From a virus (taxonomy: Duplodnaviria > Caudoviricetes): 64,000 nt of DNA. The notes beneath the pieces are model-generated. The model had not been told where the DNA came from. It saw only the letters and a list, made by a program, of their open reading frames with translations, and searched no databases. The position numbers and the translations under genes are program-made. Each line of letters begins with the position of its first letter. Within the stretch, counting starts at the first letter, position 1. Location: IMG/VR virus record IMGVR_UViG_3300047280_000041, positions 7,629-71,628 of that record. The stretch is one strand, 5' to 3'. Below, piece by piece: positions 20,061 to 30,039 of the stretch.

Positions 20061-20343
20061 TGGCAGCCGGTTGTTCTTCGTCCACTTCCGCAGCGAAGGG
20101 CAGGGTACCGAGTTCCGAAAGAGAAACTGTGATGCCCAGCATAAAGCCACGGCGCAAGTCACCCGTGAACTCTTCGTCTTTGCCATCCACCTCGATCACG
20201 GTACCTTCGGGAATCTGCTCCATGTGTTTGAGCAAACGCACCTTGGTATCGTGCCAGCGGTTGAGTAGCGTGACAAACTGGTTCAAGTCTTCAACCTGTA
20301 CGGTCTCGACTTGCTCAGCTGGGTTGGTTTGGTTTTCAGTCAT
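20047..20343 (-). CDS. Hypothetical protein
   Basis: ORF coupled by ATGA overlap to the upstream gene; acidic. Confidence 0.6.
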   Translation of the reverse strand: MTENQTNPAEQVETVQVEDLNQFVTLLNRWHDTKVRLLKHMEQIPEGTVIEVDGKDEEFTGDLRRGFMLGITVSLSELGTLPFAAEVDEEQPAANDPV

Positions 20344-20825
20344 ACGATGCTCCAGTCGTTGCACAAGATGTCCGATTGACTGGCCACCCATGGCACCACG
20401 TCATTGTTCACCGTCTTCATGGCGATGTAGTCTCGGTACGGAACGAGACTGCTCTCACCAAAGAACGATTTGGCTGCTGGCATCTTCACAGGGTAGTAGT
20501 CAGCAGTGACGTAGTAGAGGAACATGCCTTTACCATTCCAGCCTGCGCGGGCCACCTTGAAGCCTTGCTTCATCGCTTCCACTGCCAAGCCGAAAGACAT
20601 GCCGTCGGTAGGTTTGTAGGCGCGATTGAACACGTCTTCAGGTGACCAGCTGACATAGCCTGCGTGGTCTGGGGTGTTGGCCTTGCCGCCATCAAGATAT
20701 TCAACAAGAAAGCCAGGATCATCTGGATTCTCGTCAGTTGGGAGATCCCAACCGCGATACACGTTGTACTCAAGCCGTGTCATAGGCTTGGCATGGATCA
20801 GTTTGACGCCGATGAACTGTTTCAT
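20340..20825 (-). CDS. DUF2829 (Tad2-like) domain protein with an extra N-terminal domain
   Basis: FGLAVEAMKQGFKVARAGWNGKGMF...PWVASQSDILCNDW matches the DUF2829 pattern. Confidence 0.85.
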   Translation of the reverse strand: MKQFIGVKLIHAKPMTRLEYNVYRGWDLPTDENPDDPGFLVEYLDGGKANTPDHAGYVSWSPEDVFNRAYKPTDGMSFGLAVEAMKQGFKVARAGWNGKGMFLYYVTADYYPVKMPAAKSFFGESSLVPYRDYIAMKTVNNDVVPWVASQSDILCNDWSIV

Positions 20826-21112
20826 TGCAGGCCCGCCCTAAAACGACGTTCTAACAACAGGTAGCCTTCCAGCTCCCAGAGTTTGTTGAACGCTTGCTCG
20901 TAGGAGTATTTCTCTCCGAGAGCCTGGTTGTAGTTCTTCGGATCAACGCAAGCGCTGGTACCGGTGACGGTAAAACCGTTCTGCATCGTGATCTGGCAGA
21001 TCGTCGTGGTCGTTCCTTCAAGACGTTGATAAATCGTCATCTTGATTTTGGCTTCCATGTCGCTGACAGTTACTCGGCTGGGAATCACGTTTTCTTGTGG
21101 TTGTTCAGTCAT
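20822..21112 (-). CDS. Phage gp49/gp66 family protein (N4 gp49-like; Acb4-like candidate)
   Basis: TICQITMQNGFTVTGTSACVDPKNYNQALGEKYSYEQAFNKLWELEGYLL is the family consensus as I recall it. Confidence 0.85.
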   Translation of the reverse strand: MTEQPQENVIPSRVTVSDMEAKIKMTIYQRLEGTTTTICQITMQNGFTVTGTSACVDPKNYNQALGEKYSYEQAFNKLWELEGYLLLERRFRAGLQ

Positions 21113-21203
21113 GTGGTCTTTCTAAGAGTGGGTCTACTTACCGCTGCAATCGGAAAGCAGTGCACCACCCTCTGACAGCTTCAGCTTTTGACCCCATGTT
21201 TTT

Positions 21204-21404
21204 TTAGTCTTGCGGAATTGCAGCTGGAGCTTCTGGAGTTTGTGGAACTGGAGCAGAGCTGATTTGAGGAGCGGCTTGCTGTTGAATGGCTGCGATGATG
21301 CCAGCTACGCGCTCGTAGGGTAGGGTGCTGAGTGCACCCAGGATGACGTTTGTAGTAGTAACGTCGATCTGAAGAGTGATGGGAGTTTTAGGATCAAGGT
21401 TCAT
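21204..21404 (-). CDS. Small hypothetical protein
   Basis: 66 aa from the ATG at 21404; ILGALSTLPYERVAGIIAAIQQQA. Confidence 0.6.
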   Translation of the reverse strand: MNLDPKTPITLQIDVTTTNVILGALSTLPYERVAGIIAAIQQQAAPQISSAPVPQTPEAPAAIPQD

Positions 21405-21468
21405 GAGTTTTCCTAGAAGGTTAAAGATGGGGACGGTATTATTACCGCCCCCTGGGCCATGCCACTGC

Positions 21469-22206
21469 TTAAGCGAACAAGCTAGTTGTAGGCTTCTTGG
21501 CAGCAGCAGCTGGTGCACCTGCAGCTTTGGGAGCGCCGGCTGTACCAGCAGCACCCTTGGCTTTGTTCTTGACCGTACCGGAGAACTTCGTATCCCAGGT
21601 GTCGATGAACGTGGCGGTCTCGGCTTGAGCGCGGATCTCGGCAGTCGTCATGCGGTCTTTTGCACGGAACAGCTTGTCGATCTCGTTCTCATCACGAGTC
21701 TCACCAGTGGCTTCATAGATGCCAGTGGCTTCGTTCTTCTTGGTCTTGTCGACCGTTTGCTTGATCAAGCCAACGATGATTTCCTGACCGAGCAGATCCA
21801 TCAGCATTTCGACCTTGGTAGGCACTTCTGCTTTGGCTTCTGCCGAGTACACGTTCACCACTTTGGTTTCGGTCTCGAGCTGAGAGATTTCTTTGCCCAC
21901 AGTCAACAGGGCCAAGCTGTTGGCATGGTTGAAGCCTGGGAGGTAGTGCTTCTCACCGTCCTTCTCGTAGTAGTTCTTGCAGCCTTTGGCAGTGCCAGAA
22001 GTCATCCACAAGGTCTGACGGATTTCTTTGCCGGCTTCAGTCTTGAGGTTCAAGACCAAGCCCATGGCACCACCAGCCGATTTGCTGATGTAAGCCAAGG
22101 CAACAGATGCTTTGTAGATACCGGATTCCAGTGGACCACCAGAACCTACGCTGTCCTTTTCTTCTGCGATGGACGAATCGGTGGCGAGAGATGCGAGCAA
22201 TGACAT
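21469..22206 (-). CDS. ssb: Single-stranded DNA-binding protein (N4 gp45-like)
   Basis: KHYLPGFNHANSL and NEIDKLFRAKDRMTTAEI motifs, Ala-rich tail ending SLFA; synteny. Confidence 0.85.
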   Translation of the reverse strand: MSLLASLATDSSIAEEKDSVGSGGPLESGIYKASVALAYISKSAGGAMGLVLNLKTEAGKEIRQTLWMTSGTAKGCKNYYEKDGEKHYLPGFNHANSLALLTVGKEISQLETETKVVNVYSAEAKAEVPTKVEMLMDLLGQEIIVGLIKQTVDKTKKNEATGIYEATGETRDENEIDKLFRAKDRMTTAEIRAQAETATFIDTWDTKFSGTVKNKAKGAAGTAGAPKAAGAPAAAAKKPTTSLFA

Positions 22207-22246
22207 AGTGTCTTCTTTCTAAAGTTTTGGGTTGGGAATACTGCGC

Positions 22247-22972
22247 TTACGCGTAGTACTCTTTGAGGCGGTTAAGCACCTTTTGAATGTTGTTGTCGAT
22301 GAAAGTTTCCTTCGTATCGAACAACCCGAGAGGACCACGGAGACGCTCGTTCACCGTCTCTTTCGTGATCTTGGTTTGGAAGACATACTTGAATCCAAGT
22401 GCTTCCTCCTCAGGAGTAATGGTCAGGAGATCCGAACCATAGTCCTTCAGATTTTTAAGGGCCACCTTCTTCGACGCAATGACGACGGTGAAGTAGCTTT
22501 CGATGCCGTTGTTTTTCAACGAGCCTTTCACAGGCACCTTTGTCTCCATCAGCATCTCGGACTCGTTCAACGTGTCAGAGGTGTGTGCAGTAAAGATGAT
22601 CTGCTTCGTTGACCTGGCTACGAATTGCTGCATCAGTGTTTTGAAGTACTGAGAGAACTGTCCCCAGGCTTGCATGCCGTTGCTGGAATTCAGCACATAC
22701 ACGCTCTCATACATGTCCAGCAAGTAAGTCAAGCTGTCCACAACGATGGTGTGAATCTGCGGCTGAGTTTCTGCCCAGTCAAATGCTTCGTTGATCTGCA
22801 GAGGATCGGTGACGGTCTTCTGGATGAACTTGGCTCTGAATGGGAGTTTCTTGCCGGCTTCACAGTTGAGATAGAGAACGCCTTCCGGGTTCTCCAATCC
22901 CATCAACGATGCGGACTTGCCTGTTGCAGACTTGCCGCACAGTAAGACCAGATGGTCATTGGTTTCGGACAT
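22247..22972 (-). CDS. AAA/Sak4-like ATPase (N4 gp44-like)
   Basis: Walker A GKSATGKS, Walker B IVVDS, LKNNGIESYF. Confidence 0.85.
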   Translation of the reverse strand: MSETNDHLVLLCGKSATGKSASLMGLENPEGVLYLNCEAGKKLPFRAKFIQKTVTDPLQINEAFDWAETQPQIHTIVVDSLTYLLDMYESVYVLNSSNGMQAWGQFSQYFKTLMQQFVARSTKQIIFTAHTSDTLNESEMLMETKVPVKGSLKNNGIESYFTVVIASKKVALKNLKDYGSDLLTITPEEEALGFKYVFQTKITKETVNERLRGPLGLFDTKETFIDNNIQKVLNRLKEYYA

Positions 22973-23027
22973 GGTATTCCTTGATTGATTGGTTTATCGC
23001 AAGAGCGCCGGAGAGCGCCATGCGGGT

Positions 23028-23504
23028 TTAGTTGTCGAACCAGAACACGACGCGCTGATCTTCATCAGGTACGTCCGAATTCAGATTGCCGATCGTTGTT
23101 TGCAAGCGGTCAATGAAATGCTGAACTGCGCTGTGCTCTTCATCTGGATTGATGAGTTGCTCAGTACGCACCACTTGAAACTGGTTCAGTTTGGTAATCA
23201 AGTCTGCGCGCGTCAGATGACCATGGCTGTGGCCGTCTTCTCCGTAGCTATCCACCATCTTGGCAACTTCTTCGGACAGGTCTGCTGGAAGCGAAGACTC
23301 GTCAAAGCCAAAGTCCCATGTGCTACGCACATGCGGTTGGATGAAACCAAACCACCAGTAATCACGGTCTCGATCGGGAAAGCTGTCCATGTCGGTGTAT
23401 TCGCTACCGTCTTCTTCCTTCTCAACAGAGAAACTCTCTGCCTGGTCGCAGACCCATTTGTCGTCTTTTTTGGTCTCTGAGTACCAATGAATATCGCAGC
23501 CCAT
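23028..23504 (-). CDS. Hypothetical phage protein
   Basis: MGCDIH N-terminus, DRDY..F, DGHSHGHLT and C-terminal RVVFWFDN pattern common in phage proteins. Confidence 0.7.
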   Translation of the reverse strand: MGCDIHWYSETKKDDKWVCDQAESFSVEKEEDGSEYTDMDSFPDRDRDYWWFGFIQPHVRSTWDFGFDESSLPADLSEEVAKMVDSYGEDGHSHGHLTRADLITKLNQFQVVRTEQLINPDEEHSAVQHFIDRLQTTIGNLNSDVPDEDQRVVFWFDN

Positions 23505-23559
23505 TTTGTGGCCTTTCAAAAATGAAGACCCATGCACGAATGCACGGGTCTGATGGGAG

Positions 23560-25701
23560 TTATCGTTTCGAAATGGCCTTGGCCACTGAAATCATGATGG
23601 TGCTCATGATCTCGGCTTCATCCAGCTTGTCGACGATCTTGTTGTTCAGTGAGATGACTTTCTGGCGGATGTTTTCGAAGTCGAAACCACCATCCATCAA
23701 GATCATGGCAAAGCGCAGCAGCATGTTGTTGCGATTGCCGTCACCGATGTTGTTGATCACCCAGCGCTCCAGGTTGTCCATGGATTGCTGTGAGTTCAAC
23801 AGCTCCTTGCGCTCTTCGTTCTTGCTGGTCTTCGGAATGAAGGGCAAGGCGTCAAGCACATCACCGTCGTTGTACTCAAATGAGCCGTCGTTAGACATCC
23901 ATTTGCGTGCACGCTGGTTGGTTGCTGTGTCCACTTCGAATGGCAGCCATTCGTAGATGTTGGACATGAACTCTTTGTAGTCCTTGGCATCGAGCGATAA
24001 CTCATAATTGATCGGCAAGATGATTCGGAAACGGTTCTCTTCTTCGGTGTGACGCTTGGTCGTGTAGATGAGGAACTTGTAGTTCTTCAGCAACAACTTG
24101 ACCGTGCTGATGTTGACACCGCCATCAACGTCGATCACCACCAAGTTGAAGCCTGGAATGCAGTTCTCTTCGTTGCGGTAGCCACCATTGAGGTGGTGAG
24201 CCACCCAGTGCAAGCCTGGTGCTTGAGTCAGCTTGTGCAGCTGATCAAACGGCGCGTACTCGTTGCGGTAGTCAGTCGTGATGTCGGTGCTGTAGCTCAA
24301 CACCATCTTGTCGAGGTCGGTCTCCTTCAGCGTCTCGCCCCGGAGGAACTCGATGCCGTCAGAGAATGACTTCTTGATGATGACGTTGTTCTTGTAGCCC
24401 CAGGCAATCGCCAGCGTCAGCATTTCCTGCTTCTGCGATGTGGCTCCACGGTAGAAAGGCAAGTCCTCGGTGAGGTCCGCCTGAGTGACATCACGCTTGG
24501 TGGTGCCCAGGTACTTGGCCAACTTCACATAGGCACGGTCGCGCGTAAGCAGCTTGTTGAACGCTTCACCGGATTCCTCGGCCAGCTTGATGGCTTGGTA
24601 CAGATGCTCTTCAGTCAACTCGGGAGAGTCGTCCACGAAGGCATAGGCACCGGCCAGCTTGAGAGCTTTGAAGTAGCGGTGAGAGATCTCGGCTTTCTTG
24701 ATCTCCTCGTGCTCAGGGTAGAGCTCGGCTTCACGTTCACACTTGATGCGGTACTCGATCAGAACCAGACTGGTTTCCTTGCTCATCACCAGGCGCTTGT
24801 TCACGTTGATGATGTCGGCCAAGCCTTCGAGCTTGTCAGACAGTTCATCCAAGTACGTGTTGCTGTCCTGGTTGGTGAGCTGCAAGTAGATCTGCTCAGG
24901 CGTTTGATCGTTGGTTTTGTTGCTGGCTCGGCTGTAGCCAAAGAAGCAACGGCGTGCGTAGCCCGTTTCAAGCATCGAGTACAACTCTTCCTCAGTCTTG
25001 CTGCCGTTGAGCAGTTTGGCTGGAGTGCCAAAGAGCATCATGTTGGTCGGTGTGCGGCCAATGATTTCTTCGTTGCGAGTGTTCTCGGTGGTGTTCTTGA
25101 TCAGCTTCTGCTTGATCAAGCCCACGTCATAAAGCTCGAGGAACGTGTTGAGCACGTCGACGTTGCCAATCAGGTTTGAGCCAATCTCGTCGATCTGCAG
25201 GTTTACTGAACCTGCATCGGCCATCAGCAGCTTGTGACGCATCTGCTTCACAGCTGCCGGCGTACCGGAATCGAATGAGAAAACCAATGAGCCAAGGCCA
25301 TCGAATTCCTTCTGCACACGCACCAGCTCCTCATCGGGGTCAGTGCTTTTGCGGTTGGCTCGTTTCAGAGCCAGCTTGGGCAGATTCTGTTCAGCCAGGA
25401 TTGGAAACGTTTCTTCAAGAAAGCGTCCACGGAACTGGTTGATCACCTGGTTCTCGATGATGTTGGTCGAGAAGCCTTTGCCGGAACCGGATGTGCTCAA
25501 GTTGAGCGCATACATGTTCACGGGAATGTCACCACGATCATGGGTAACGATGGTGGTACGCATCATCGACGCAACCAGGCTGAAGTAGTAGCCAACCAGC
25601 ACACGAAAGAACAGCGGATTGCTGTTCTGGGTCTTGCTGCAAAGAATACTCACCAGCTTTTCTGAAGCCAGGTGGTATTGCATTTCTTCGAATGTTTTCA
25701 T
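23560..25701 (-). CDS. DNA primase (N4 gp43-like)
   Basis: 713 aa; SGSGKG P-loop, VVIDVDGG and YTTKRH prim-pol motifs, C-terminal GNRNNML primase domain. Confidence 0.85.
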   Translation of the reverse strand: MKTFEEMQYHLASEKLVSILCSKTQNSNPLFFRVLVGYYFSLVASMMRTTIVTHDRGDIPVNMYALNLSTSGSGKGFSTNIIENQVINQFRGRFLEETFPILAEQNLPKLALKRANRKSTDPDEELVRVQKEFDGLGSLVFSFDSGTPAAVKQMRHKLLMADAGSVNLQIDEIGSNLIGNVDVLNTFLELYDVGLIKQKLIKNTTENTRNEEIIGRTPTNMMLFGTPAKLLNGSKTEEELYSMLETGYARRCFFGYSRASNKTNDQTPEQIYLQLTNQDSNTYLDELSDKLEGLADIINVNKRLVMSKETSLVLIEYRIKCEREAELYPEHEEIKKAEISHRYFKALKLAGAYAFVDDSPELTEEHLYQAIKLAEESGEAFNKLLTRDRAYVKLAKYLGTTKRDVTQADLTEDLPFYRGATSQKQEMLTLAIAWGYKNNVIIKKSFSDGIEFLRGETLKETDLDKMVLSYSTDITTDYRNEYAPFDQLHKLTQAPGLHWVAHHLNGGYRNEENCIPGFNLVVIDVDGGVNISTVKLLLKNYKFLIYTTKRHTEEENRFRIILPINYELSLDAKDYKEFMSNIYEWLPFEVDTATNQRARKWMSNDGSFEYNDGDVLDALPFIPKTSKNEERKELLNSQQSMDNLERWVINNIGDGNRNNMLLRFAMILMDGGFDFENIRQKVISLNNKIVDKLDEAEIMSTIMISVAKAISKR

Positions 25702-25716
25702 GCGAATCTTTCTGAG

Positions 25717-26718
25717 TTAAAGGATAAGGTCACCTGCTGCGATCAGTTGATCTTTCTGGCTGCACACTGCAAAAGATGGGCAGTACTTGCAGGCGGTCAC
25801 TTGGCCAGGAACTTCCTTCACGATGCCGACGCTGCCGTCTTCGATGAGTCGAAGCTGGGCTTCTTGCATCGTTTCAAAGTTCTTGGTGCTGCGAGCTGTT
25901 TTCTCTGGGTTCTTGTAGTACTTGAACTGTGGCTCTGAACGCCACAACTCGGTGTCATCACACTGAGGAATGTCTTCCTCATCTGCACCCCAGTACTGTT
26001 CGATCAGAGCAATCTTCTGACGAATGAAGTTCTCGGTTGCTTCCAGTGACATCAGCTCGAATGACTGAGTGTGAAAGCGCTTGGGTGGGTAGGTTGGATC
26101 TGTCTTGGCCATTGCACCTTTCCAGTCGGTGAAGATGTAATGGATGTCCATGCGATCCTGCGTGATCTTTTTAGGATCAAGCCAACGGTAGATACTGCCC
26201 TGCTGGGTGTATTTGTCTGCACTGGTTTGCTTCTTGTAGGTGAAAGTGCCAGTGGACTTGAAGTCTTGAACCTTGCCTTCACCAATGAAATCGAACTTGC
26301 CCGTGACTTTCCATTTGCCCAGCTGGCGGGATAAACGCTGCTCGAGGTAAATAGGAATGATCTCAATGCCTTGGGCAGCAGCAAGATCTAAGTCATGTTG
26401 GTTTGGGTTGATGCGCACGCGGTCGATGACGCGCTGAGGCAAACCCAATGCTTGCATGGCCACCTTGTAGTTGGTCTTCCATGCTGTGTCGATGCCGTCA
26501 TGAATGGCGGTACCCATACGGCTGTTCATCATGTCAGCCAGGTTGACCAAACCTTCTCCTGGAGGAATGCGGTTGGGCAAAATGATCTGGCGAATTGGTT
26601 TCAGCAACGTAGTTGCGCTGATGGTGAATGGGTCGTCATCGTGATCGTAAAAATCAGATGCGAGAAATACGGCTAGTGCAAGCGGCACCTCCGAGACATT
26701 GGCAAATCGTGCGGACAT
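25717..26718 (-). CDS. PD-(D/E)XK / Cas4-like nuclease (N4 gp42-like)
   Basis: ISATTLLKP, GKFDFIGEGKVQDFKST and C-terminal CKYCPSFAVC Fe-S-type cysteines. Confidence 0.85.
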   Translation of the reverse strand: MSARFANVSEVPLALAVFLASDFYDHDDDPFTISATTLLKPIRQIILPNRIPPGEGLVNLADMMNSRMGTAIHDGIDTAWKTNYKVAMQALGLPQRVIDRVRINPNQHDLDLAAAQGIEIIPIYLEQRLSRQLGKWKVTGKFDFIGEGKVQDFKSTGTFTYKKQTSADKYTQQGSIYRWLDPKKITQDRMDIHYIFTDWKGAMAKTDPTYPPKRFHTQSFELMSLEATENFIRQKIALIEQYWGADEEDIPQCDDTELWRSEPQFKYYKNPEKTARSTKNFETMQEAQLRLIEDGSVGIVKEVPGQVTACKYCPSFAVCSQKDQLIAAGDLIL

Positions 26719-26780
26719 AAGGAACCTTTTTGAGTTTTTCGAGAAAGCGGGAGGAACCCGCTTGCGACGAAGGGCTTTGG

Positions 26781-27146
26781 TTAGGGTTTGGCAGCACCGT
26801 GAAGCTGCAGATAACGAGTAAGCGTGTCCCGCGCTTCCATGATGTCTTCGATGGCAGATTTGCCACCGGTACGAACACCTGAGAGCAGGAGCTTTTTGCT
26901 GGCATGCTGAATGCAGCCAGACGGGTCTTGGATGTTGAAAAGCTGGTGCACGGTGTACACGTCGACTTCTTCAAGACCTTTGACGCTTTTGTAGTACTTG
27001 GGGTACTTCTGAGCCATTGATTGGTAAGCAACTGCTTTGGACTGTGCAATCTGTCGTTGCTGATCGCAATGAAAGCACAGATGCCAATTACTCATTGCCA
27101 TATTGCTGCAGCCAGAAGCGCTGCATGTTTTGGTTTCAGTAGTCAT
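26781..27146 (-). CDS. N4 gp41-like protein with N-terminal Cys cluster
   Basis: YPKYYK...VDVYTVHQLF...HASKKLLLSGVRTGGK; CSASGC...CFHC N-terminus. Confidence 0.7.
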   Translation of the reverse strand: MTTETKTCSASGCSNMAMSNWHLCFHCDQQRQIAQSKAVAYQSMAQKYPKYYKSVKGLEEVDVYTVHQLFNIQDPSGCIQHASKKLLLSGVRTGGKSAIEDIMEARDTLTRYLQLHGAAKP

Positions 27147-27158
27147 GGTTTTACAGAT

Positions 27159-27183
27159 AAAAAGAGCCCCCGAAGGGGCTCTT
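27159..27183 (-). terminator. Rho-independent terminator (UUCG loop)
   Basis: aaaaagagcccc-cgaa-ggggctctt downstream of nrdJ. Confidence 0.85.
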
Positions 27184-27197
27184 ATGGGTTGACGAGA

Positions 27198-29138
27198 TCA
27201 GAGGATTTCGCAGACACCAGCGGTGCAGGCAAGTTCCTTCGTATTGACTGTGGAGTCGTCTTGCTCGAACAGAGCCAATGCAGCCCAGTCGAATTTAGGC
27301 ATCTTGGCCAGCAGCGCTTCGTACTCAGCTTGCGTGCATTCCTGGTAAGGAGCTTGCTTGTAGCTGTGATCGCTATGAGGCAAGAAACTCACACCAGCAA
27401 TGCGGTCAAAGTGGCGATACACCCAGTCACCGACACCCATCCATTCGTGATCCTTCACGTAGACGGTGATCGAAACGTTGTGCTCAGTCCACTCTTCCTG
27501 CAGCATCAAGTAATGCTCGAGCTGCTCAAGAGCAGTACGGTCATTGCGGAACACTGCATGGCTTGGAGCCTGAACAGGGAAACTGAACACGTCGGTGCTG
27601 TGAGCCTTCATCACGTCGTCTTCAACAGGGAAACCCTGCTCACGCATCAACTGCGCAAGCGGATCTTTCTTGTCGGCACGGACGGTGCGGATGTAGTACT
27701 CGGAGTAGCGAGGATGAATACCTGAAGCCGAATCCACCAACTGAGACACAGTGCCTGATGGCTTGACGGTAGTGATTGCTGCGGCCTGATTGATGCCAAG
27801 CTTTGCGGCCCATTCCTTGTTGACCTTGATGGCATGGGCCTTCATGACTCGAAGCCAGTCACGCGATTGCTCGCTGGTCTCGCTCAAGATAACGTGGTCC
27901 ATGATGCCGGTCAGGCTCACACCCAACAGACGTTCTTCTTCCTGGTTTTTCTTCCAGACAGCACGAACGTGGCGGAAGTTGGTCAACATTGATTGGTAAG
28001 TACCAATGATCGTGGCCACTTCAACTTTGGCCAGCAAATCGTCCAAGGTGTCTTCCTTGCGGATGACGACTTCAGACAAGTTGCAGACGCCCGCTGAACG
28101 CAAGGTGATCTCAGCACAGGGGTTGGTGCCCACGATCTTGGTGTGATCACGGCGTCCTGATTCGATTGCCTTGTTGATGGCAGCCTGGCGGTTGAAGATG
28201 CCACGCTCACCTGACTTGGATTCGATCAGGCTCAGCCATTCCTTCATGAAGAGCTCCATGCCTGGGCGCTCGGTGTAGGCAGCTGAGTTGTTGGCCAAGG
28301 CGCGTTGTGGATCGATGACCCACCATTGACCATTCTTGGCTCCACGCATGCGATCGTCAGACAGGTTGCTGAGCGAAATCAAAGCAGAACGGCGAACACC
28401 GCCTACAACCACGATGTCAGCGATCTTGCAGACCAGGTCATGGCATTCGATGGAGGTGAGCTTGCGGCCCACGGCACCCTTGAATGTCTCGACACAGAAG
28501 TTGAAGAGGTCGATCAACGGCTGGGGACCGCTGGCCCGGCCACCGAAAGTCTTGAGCTTGGCACCGGCTGGGCGAATCTTGCTCATGTCCCACTGAGGGA
28601 TGTGGCCGGCATAGAGGTGAGTCAGCAGCTGGCGAAGAGCCATGGCCCAGCCGCCTTTGGAGTCACGCACTTCGATCACGTCGTCAACCGGTGACAGGTG
28701 ATCTACGCAGCCTACGATTGGCTTGCCTTCAGCATCGAAGCTCACATGGATACCGACGATGGGTAGCTTGGCGATGAACTGGCGTTCAACTGAAAAGCCA
28801 GCACCGGTACCGCACATCAAGATGTAGAGGATGTCGTCGAAAGCTCGGATGTCATCGACTGCGGTAAACGAGCAGTTGTATCCAGCCATTGGGTCACGCT
28901 CGAGAGCAGGACCGGCAGTCATCAAGGCACGCATCGAAGGCATGGTGCCCAGACTTACGATGGAGTCATAGACTTGCTGAGTGGGGTAATGTGGAAACTT
29001 GCTGGAGAAGTAGTCAACGTAGCGTTGAACTGTTTCTTCCCAGGTTTCGCGGCGTTGTTCTGAATCAATCCATCGCGCGTAGCGACTCTTGTGCACGTAT
29101 TCTTGAAGCTGAGTTGGTAGATGGTTTTCTACATTCAT
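27198..29138 (-). CDS. nrdJ: Class II (adenosylcobalamin-dependent) ribonucleotide reductase
   Basis: GYNCSF, GTNPCAEI, TTVKPSGTVS and C-terminal ACTAGVCE; 646 aa; no beta subunit gene nearby. Confidence 0.9.
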   Translation of the reverse strand: MNVENHLPTQLQEYVHKSRYARWIDSEQRRETWEETVQRYVDYFSSKFPHYPTQQVYDSIVSLGTMPSMRALMTAGPALERDPMAGYNCSFTAVDDIRAFDDILYILMCGTGAGFSVERQFIAKLPIVGIHVSFDAEGKPIVGCVDHLSPVDDVIEVRDSKGGWAMALRQLLTHLYAGHIPQWDMSKIRPAGAKLKTFGGRASGPQPLIDLFNFCVETFKGAVGRKLTSIECHDLVCKIADIVVVGGVRRSALISLSNLSDDRMRGAKNGQWWVIDPQRALANNSAAYTERPGMELFMKEWLSLIESKSGERGIFNRQAAINKAIESGRRDHTKIVGTNPCAEITLRSAGVCNLSEVVIRKEDTLDDLLAKVEVATIIGTYQSMLTNFRHVRAVWKKNQEEERLLGVSLTGIMDHVILSETSEQSRDWLRVMKAHAIKVNKEWAAKLGINQAAAITTVKPSGTVSQLVDSASGIHPRYSEYYIRTVRADKKDPLAQLMREQGFPVEDDVMKAHSTDVFSFPVQAPSHAVFRNDRTALEQLEHYLMLQEEWTEHNVSITVYVKDHEWMGVGDWVYRHFDRIAGVSFLPHSDHSYKQAPYQECTQAEYEALLAKMPKFDWAALALFEQDDSTVNTKELACTAGVCEIL

Positions 29139-29242
29139 TGGGCTCTTTCATGTTCCTGGACAAAAAAAGAGCCAAAGCCCCCCCAGGAAACCTGGAGACC
29201 TTGGCCCTATTGAGGGGAATCAGAGTTTACTGGTTTTAAGGA

Positions 29243-29980
29243 TCAGTAGTTACCCTGGGTTAATGCCGACCAGGCCACCGGGAATAGTGGCTCGATAATG
29301 TGATTAACCTGATCAGCTAATTCCTGGATTTCCTTTTGAGCATGGGAATCTGAGCGTTGGTTGTAGAAGTTGGCAAAGGCGTACAAGGAGCCTGTCCACA
29401 CCCAATTCACTTCACAGCCCTGGGGCAGGATGAATCGGGCCTGTTCAGGGCATACGCCGTCGGTGATGGCTTCCTGGTACAGATCAATCATCTGGTTGCC
29501 GGCAGCGTAGTAGCGGGCCATCCAGAAGGCGTTGCGGTGGTGTTGGCCGGCAGAGCCTTGCTTGACCGACGCTGCAGCCTCACGGATGTGGTCTGGCACG
29601 TAGAGCTCGGGGCGGCTCGAGATGTAGCGGCGGGACTCTTCTGACTCTACAAATCCGACCTTGTGCTTGAAGCACTGGACTCGGATCGGCACGGGGGCTG
29701 CCATGCGCAAAGTGACGTGCGGGTGACCGAAGGGCACCCAATGCTCGGGAATCTTGCGCAGGTAGACCGCCAGGTCTTTGCGGCCTTTGGGTGTCAGTGG
29801 AGTAGCCATCTGATCAATCAGCTCTTCCCAGGCACCGCTGGCCATGCCACGGGCCAGGAATCGAATCAGGTTGTTGTTCTGTACTTCGGTGAACTGGTCT
29901 GCCAATGTGGCAAAGGACTGCCGTGCGAAGTTGGCAATATCGCGGTCTGATAGATAATGGGAGACATATTCTGCTTTCAT
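29243..29980 (-). CDS. thyX: Flavin-dependent thymidylate synthase
   Basis: HWVPFGHP, FKHKVGFVESEESRRY signature, PEQARFILPQ, RSDSHAQKEIQ. Confidence 0.92.
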   Translation of the reverse strand: MKAEYVSHYLSDRDIANFARQSFATLADQFTEVQNNNLIRFLARGMASGAWEELIDQMATPLTPKGRKDLAVYLRKIPEHWVPFGHPHVTLRMAAPVPIRVQCFKHKVGFVESEESRRYISSRPELYVPDHIREAAASVKQGSAGQHHRNAFWMARYYAAGNQMIDLYQEAITDGVCPEQARFILPQGCEVNWVWTGSLYAFANFYNQRSDSHAQKEIQELADQVNHIIEPLFPVAWSALTQGNY

Positions 29981-30039
29981 GGATTCTTTCTGGTTGGTTT
30001 AAGGAAGAAGGGTGGGAGCTGCAAACATAGGGTGTCTCG

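Noticed and set aside
25717-26718. Cas4-like gene as part of a CRISPR system
   Set aside because: No repeat-spacer array or other cas genes in the window; this is the conserved N4 gp42-type nuclease.
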